Below are positions 58,201-64,000 of a stretch of 64,000 nucleotides of DNA, piece after piece. Numbering within the stretch: position 1 is the stretch's first letter; the number at the start of each line of letters is the position of its first letter. The stretch covers positions 275,863 to 339,862 of the forward strand of contig NIVC01001003.1 in NCBI GenBank assembly GCA_002269645.1. Direction: 5' to 3'. A model generated the notes under the pieces. It saw nothing but the letters and a program-made list of their open reading frames with translations, ran no database searches and was not told where the DNA came from. This stretch comes from Macrostomum lignano. Lineage: Eukaryota. The translations under genes and the position numbers were made by a program.

Positions 58201-61200
58201 GGCGCCAGCACCAAGGGCGCCAGCACCAGGGCGCCAGCATCAGTGTCGCCAGCACCAGAAGCGCTAACACCTGTAGTAACTGAGTCAGAGGCCGTGTTTG
58301 CTGTGTAGCCAAACTCTTATAAATCTCGCCGCGCTGGGCACGCGTCTATATATTATGGAGTTAGAATTGGGGTGGCGGCACCCACCCCACTCCGCAGCCA
58401 ATCAGACTGCCCGGGCGTACCATACTGTGCGTACGCACACTACATCTCTCCCCTTTCGAATAGAGACTGAGAGAGAAGAAAATCGATTTAAACGTAACTC
58501 GAAAATACAAATTTCGAAAGATTCACCGATGATGCGCATTGAAAATGGAGATTAAAATATTGAGGAAATAAAATATTTGAATTGAATGCAGCAAAAACGT
58601 AAAAAACTTCAGTCCGCATATTACGGAAAAGAAAGTCAGTTAATTTCAGTCATTGCAGGATTTCAAATTCAGTCCTTGTAGATTTTCACGCCCGCCCGAG
58701 CAGCGCGGGGTGCGGGCGCAGCGCCATCGGGGAGGCGGGTGGATCTCGGGCCGCCTCGCCCGAAGCTCTCGGTGCAGCGGTCTGCGTCTGGGCGCCGGCG
58801 TCGCGAGCGTACGCACACTACAACACCAAGGGACCAGCACCAGGAGCGCCAGCACCAAGGGCGCCAGCACCAAGGGCGCCAGCACCAGGAGCGCCAGCAC
58901 CAAGGGCGCCAGCACCAAGGGCGCCAGCACCAATGGCGCCAGCACCAGGAGCGCCAGCACCAAGGGCGCCAGCACCAAGGGCGCCAGCACCAAGGGCGCC
59001 AGCACCAGGAGCGCCAGCACCAAGGGCGCCAGCACCAAGGGCGCCAGCACCAGGAGCGCCAGCACCAAGGGCGCCAGCACCAAGGGCGCCAGCACCAGGA
59101 GCGCCAGCACCAAGGGCGCCAGCACCAAGGGCGCCAGCACCAAGGGCGCCAGCACCAATGGCGCCAGCACCAGGAGCGCCAGCACCAAGGGCGCCAGCAC
59201 CAAGGGCGCCAGCACCAAGGGCGCCAGCACCAGGAGCGCCAGCACCAAGGGCGCCAGCACAAGGGCGCCAGCACCAGGAGCGCCAGCACCAAGGGCGCCA
59301 GCACCAAGGGCGCCAGCACCAGGAGCGCCAGCACAAGGGCGCCAGCACCAAGGGCGCCAGCACCAGGGACGTCAGTAACCCTCATAAGTTTAAGCTACAG
59401 TAGGGACACAGTGTGGAGAGTAGCGATCCGCCCCGCAGTCTAAATAGTTCGATGATAAATCGATTCCACAAAGTGACGACTGCCACTAACCTGGCAAAAT
59501 ATATCATATTTGATTGATGATTTTTCAGGCTTTAAGCTGAACTGGGTGCGCCTCCCGTCCTATGTTTGATGCTGCAAGCAACAGTAGTTGCTGCATTTCC
59601 AATTTGCGTGAGACGGAGGCGGAGAGAGAGAGAGTTGCCAGGGTTAGGACAGGAGAACCTACATCTAGCTGCTATAGCTTATAGCTACTCAAACTTAATT
59701 AGCCTGCTCATCAGCCGCAGTCGTTATCGCAGATCTGACTGAGAGAGATCGGCTCCTTATCATCAGCCGCCGAGCGAATTCGATTCCGCCCCAATGTCTC
59801 TCTATCTTAGAAAGAGTCCAATTTTCTTATTTCTCCTCCCTGTCCCGTCGCTGCCTGCCTGCGTTATTATTTAGAAGCAAAATTTTGAGGACCTGCCTGA
59901 CAGCGGCGGGAGGCCGTTTTCTTCTTGTACTCGTAAGGATTTTGAATCCGGGGATTTCCGTGTCTATTATATATTGATTCTTCCCACTCAATTACTGCCG
60001 CCCGTATCTCTCTGTATTGCCTGAGGCAGGGGTGTCGGCCTTCACTGCGTCTCTTTTTATTTATCTCTAGCTATGCCGGCTCAGCCTAGGTGGGTGCGTG
60101 CCCTCTCTCGATTCTTGCTATCCACTCTCGAGTCTCTTCTTTTAGCTCATCCGCTTCCAGCTAAACACTTCACCCTAACCTCTCTGCCCTCTGTCTCAAA
60201 CCCTCCCTAACCCTTTCTCCTACCCCTCCGATTCTAACCCTGTACACCCCTTCCTGACGCCTCTCGTACTCACCCTCTACCCTCCCTACCTCTCTACGCC
60301 TCCCTACCCTCTCTACCCCTCCCTACCTCTCTACGCTCCCTACCCTCTCTACCCTCCCTACCTCTCTACGCCTCCCTACCTCTTACCCTCCCTACCCTCT
60401 CTCTAATCCCTCCCTACCTCTCTACGCCTCCCTACCCTCTCTACCCCTCCCTACCCTCTCTCTACCCCTCCTACCTCTCTACGCCTCCCTACCCTCTCTA
60501 CCCCTCCCTACCCTCTCTACCCCTCCCTACCTCTCTCTACTCCCTACCCTCTCTCTACCCCTCCCTACCTCTCTCCACCCTTTCCTACCCTCTCTCTACT
60601 CCCCTCCCTACCCTCTCTCTACCTTTGTTCCTCTGTCTATATCCTCTCTTCCTGTCTGCTTCTCTTTTCTATCTTCTATCCAAAACAAATCCTCTTTAGT
60701 TTGCCCCTACCGCCCTTCTATGCAGCCGCTTCAGTCCTCACGCCCTCAGTTCATTGTTTCTACGACTGAAGCTGAAGCTGAAAAGCTGAAATAATTTTAT
60801 ATGATATTATATTTCAGATTTCCATAATTTGAATAAAAAGCACTAGTATAATATTTGTTTGCCTAATTTGAGATTCAATAAGCATTCCTTTTGGCTTTGA
60901 TTGCAGATAGAAGCGCGATTATCTTTCCTCTCTGTGCAGGCTGAATCTATAATATGGAATAATAATTTGAGAGCTGCAGTAAAAAAATAATTTGCCACAC
61001 TCGGCTGCACTGAAGTGCCGCCAGCCAACTGGCTTTTAAGCCTACTTAGAGACTATACCGATTTAGTCTAAAAAGGAGTTTTAGCTGAGTCTAGCTGAGT
61101 TGAAAAGCTGAGTCTAAAAATCTGCCTTGGAAAATAGAGGTTCTCTGGCACTTTTAGCAACAATATACTATATACTATTATTAGCATTAGCGCACTGTCT

Positions 61201-63288
61201 TCGCCGCTCCCAAAATGCTGTAGAGACTCAGATTAAAGGGCCATATACTGACATAAGCGCTGTCATGAGCGCATACTGACATAAGCACTGTCATGAGCGC
61301 ATACTGACATAAGCGCTGTTATGAGCGCATACTGACATAAGCGCTGTTATGAGCGCATACTGACATAAGCGCTGTCATGAGCGCATACTGACATAAGCGC
61401 GCACTTCTGCAAGATCTTAGCACCTTGCCGAGGTAATTGCGCTCTTATGCCATTGCACGCTTATCACATTTGTAAGGCAACAAAGATTATTATTAGACGC
61501 TTAGTATATGCGATGAGTACACAAGTGTGTTTACACTGCCAGCGTACCAGTGCGTGCATGTGTATGCCCGATTTAGCAAGTTGCGATTAGAAGATTTCCA
61601 TTAAAGTGTGTCCTACTGTTTTGTACCTGAAAATTCTATTCATGCTATATGGATGGCAGCCAAAAATAAATATTCTTGGATGAGAGGTCAACTGACCCCT
61701 ATTGACCCCTCCTAGATCCGTAACGGTCTCCAGTCTTGGCAGCCATTGCTATATTGTCACAAATGGGATTCCGAGGGCACACAAGGCCACACAAGTGACA
61801 CACAAGGCCACACAAGTGGCACAAAAGACCTCAAGTGGCACACAAGGCCTCACAAGTGGCACACAAGGCCTTACAAGCGGCACACAAGGCCTCACAAGTG
61901 GCACACAAGGCCTCACAAGTGTCACACAAAGCCTCACAAGTGGCAGCACAAGGCCTTACAAGTGGCACACAAGGCCTTACAAGTGGCACACAAAGCCTCA
62001 CAAGTGGCACACAAGGCCTCACAAGTGGCACACAAGCCTCACAAGTGGCACACAAAGCCTCACAAGTGGCACACAAGGCCTCACAAGTGCCACACAAGGC
62101 CTCACAAGTGGCACACAAAGCCTCACAAGTGCCACACAAGGCCTTACAAGCGGCACACAAAGCCTCACAAGTGGTACACAAAGCCTCACAAGTGGCACAC
62201 AAAGCCTCACAAGTGTCGCCCTACTTAGTCACAGCGCTTCGCTCTTTATTGGTGCTGGAAAGTGAATTCTTACAGGAAGGGAAATAGCGCCGCTGCTCAG
62301 GCAACTGCCAAGATAATTTCAGCCTGTTCTGAGTAGTGCTCATAATAAACCCTCCTCTTGTCGTGTCGCCATCTCGCTCGCTAACAATATCTCCGCAGGC
62401 ATCAATAATTTGTATTCCTTTTACGACTATAGCGACTATAGCGACAGATGGATGAATGGGTATTTTTTAGATATCCATTGCTGCGCCGGAGATTTCAATC
62501 AGGCACAGTCAGGCTATGCGTGCCGTTAATTTCTCGTTGTCACTTTAGCAGCCAGCTGCGCTTGCTTGAAGTGCTACGGCTTCGCTCAGCATGCTAGAAA
62601 CATCTTAGTAGCATCTTATCCACTCTGTTCTATAAGACTGATGCTTGTTGTCGCAATCCTGCCATATATTTGGATTAATTTGTTTATTCCTAGTGTATGA
62701 AATTATTAACGATACATATCGGTGGATTGATAGCTCGGGACAGTTTATGATTCAGTGTTTTTTTATTATTACACCTGCCCCAAATCGGCCAAATGTGTAA
62801 CCGACAGCTCAGCCGCAGCTATTGCGCGGCGCATCTGAAGGCTGCGTACGGCTGTTCAGTCCAAGGACTGGGGGTCGCCACACACACAGCCTCAATTAAC
62901 CAGCTAATGCTGGCGCCCATTTTACAGCTGGTGAACTGAAGCAATGCAGAGTTAAGTGCCTTGCTCAAGGATGCAAATTGTTCCGAGGGGATTGAAAATC
63001 GAACCCCCGACCTTCAAGTCGTGATTCCGACGCTCTAACCACTAGGCTACAACCCCTATTGTAGACTAGTGTAGCCTAAAAGCTGATTAACTAAGATTTC
63101 TCGCTCCTCCCGTCAGACATTTCGCTATCAAGTCCTGCTGTCCCTGATGCTATCCAGCCAGACTAAGGACGAAGTCACTGCGGCTGCTATGGCCCGCGCT
63201 GAGGCGGCACGGCTGCACTCTGGATAACATTCTGGCCACGGACAATGCGGAACTGGGCCGCCTCATCTATCCCGTCGGATTCTGGAAG
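55291..63288 (+). CDS. NTHL1: Endonuclease III-like DNA glycosylase/AP lyase, first three exons; the gene continues beyond the window
   Basis: Exon 57718-58005 (..WEAQLANIKLMRADKSAPVDNMGCHTLAD..PK) and exon 63117-63288 (RYQVLLSLMLSSQTKDEVTAAAM..LGRLIYPVGFWK, HhH-GPD family), with one extra base at about 63194-63198. A putative first exon 55291-55332 (MVRKAPFSGSYAYI, phase 0 donor) is less certain. Confidence 0.93.
55655..57530. repeat. Compound GACA-derived minisatellite (36-51-bp units grading into 30-bp units) in NTHL1 intron 1
   Basis: CATTTATTCATGCAGATAGTTAGACAG.. grades into TATTTAGACATGCAGACATGCAGACACTGA, then into CATATAGACATGCAGGCAGACAGACACTGA. Confidence 0.95.
58140..59370. repeat. 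15-bp minisatellite (GCGCCAGCACCAAGG)n in two blocks (58140-58270 and 58823-59370) around a unique core
   Basis: Tandem copies. They explain the 5-aa periodic ORFs. Confidence 0.95.
60255..60625. repeat. CT-rich low-complexity repeat (CTCTACCCCTCCCTA-like)
   Basis: Tandem degenerate units of about 15 bp. Confidence 0.9.
61245..61400. repeat. 28-bp tandem repeat (CATACTGACATAAGCGCTGTCATGAGCG)n
   Basis: About 5.5 copies with no spacers. Confidence 0.92.
61775..62215. repeat. 21-bp minisatellite (GCACACAAGGCCTCACAAGTG)n
   Basis: Tandem copies. Confidence 0.95.
62758..63056 (-). mobile_element. Full-length tRNA-derived SINE with a V/Deu/Nin-type conserved core
   Basis: Minus strand: GGGGTTGTAGCCTAGTGGTTAGAGCG (A-box), GGTTCGATT (B-box), core CCTTGAGCAAGGCACTTAAC..CCAGCTGTAAATGGG and tail TAATAATAAAAAAA. 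Confidence 0.85.
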
Positions 63289-63354
63289 GTAAGCTGCGAA
63301 TGGACTTTTCATGTTTGCCCTTTCACTGCTGCTCGAATAAACTCAATTTTCTCT

Positions 63355-64000
63355 CTATTTCCTTCGTTCTCTGTTCCCCTCACTCTCCTCACTGTTCCCC
63401 TCACTCTCCTCTCTGTTCCCCTCACTCTCCTCTCTGTTCCCCTCACTCTTCTCTGCTGTCCCCTCACTCTCCTCTCTGTTCCCCTCACTCTCCTCTCTGT
63501 TCCCCTCACTCCCCTCTGTTCCCCTCACTCTTCTCTCTGTTCCCTCACTCTCCTCTCTGTTCCCTCACTCTCCTCTCTGTTCCCCTCACTCCCCTCTCTG
63601 TTCCCTCACTCTCCTCACTGTTCCCTCACTCTCCTCTCTGTTCCCCTCACTCTTCTCTCTGTTCCCTCACTCTCTCTCTGTTCCCTCACTCCCTCTCTGT
63701 TCCCTCACTCTCCTCTCTGTTCCCTCACTCTCCTCTCTGTTCCCTCACTCTCCTCTCTGTTCCCCTCACTCCCCTCTCTGTTCCCTCACTCTCTCCTCAC
63801 TGTTCCCTCACTCTCCTCTCTGTTCCCTCACTCTTCTCTCTGTTCCCCTCACTCTCCTCTCTGTTCCCCTCACTCCCCTCTCTGTTCCCACTCACTCTCT
63901 GTTCCCCTCACTCTCCTCTCTGTTCCCTCACTCTCCTCACTGTTCCCTCACTCCCTCTCTGTTTCCCCTCACTCTTCTCTCTGTTCCCTCACTCTTCTCT
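63355..64000. repeat. About 21-bp pyrimidine-rich minisatellite (CTGTTCCCTCACTCTCCTCT)n in NTHL1 intron 3
   Basis: Starts about 65 bp after the donor at 63289 and runs to the window end. Confidence 0.95.

Noticed and set aside
60170-60245. Scattered CCCTAA motifs suggesting interstitial telomere
   Set aside because: Only three isolated hexamers within CT-rich low-complexity DNA, not a tandem array.
61245-61400. Partly palindromic 28-bp repeat resembling a CRISPR repeat (also considered for the 25-, 32- and 35-bp arrays)
   Set aside because: There are no unique spacers, no cas genes, and the context is eukaryotic introns.
62985-63056. tRNA-like cloverleaf on the minus strand (also at 16873-16940)
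   Set aside because: The arms are irregular, and the sequence continues into a SINE body and A-rich tail. It is a SINE head, not a tRNA gene.

Overview
Eukaryotic (animal) genomic DNA with multi-exon genes, GT-AG introns and about 30 minisatellite arrays. The style resembles a Macrostomum-like flatworm long-read assembly, which is inference only. Six host genes can be modelled by hand with consistent splice phases: two divergent paralogues of an unrecognised type I single-pass receptor with a TIR/SEFIR-like cytoplasmic domain (1455-9286 + and 37371-40832 -), a three-CCCH zinc-finger gene of the ZC3H4/6/8 type (13627-19622 +), an EF-hand nicotinamidase (Naam/PNC1; 25060-28765 -, 5' end not found), a TMCC/TEX28-like coiled-coil membrane protein (48613-51265 +) and NTHL1 (55291 to beyond 63288, +). 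Mobile DNA comprises a mariner remnant, a maT/Tc1-like element with a nested SINE, a THAP/P-element remnant, a non-autonomous element with an 8-bp TSD carrying an LTR and a nested MITE, a decayed Ty3/Gypsy body and tRNA-derived SINEs. The most striking structure is that the two otherwise highly diverged receptor genes share an about 99% identical inverted block (a 51-bp splice-acceptor array plus 480 bp of exon). This block could act as a gene-conversion tract or an inversion switch that exchanges their 3' halves. No rRNA, true tRNA or CRISPR array was seen. Most long ORFs in the supplied track are translations of tandem repeats.
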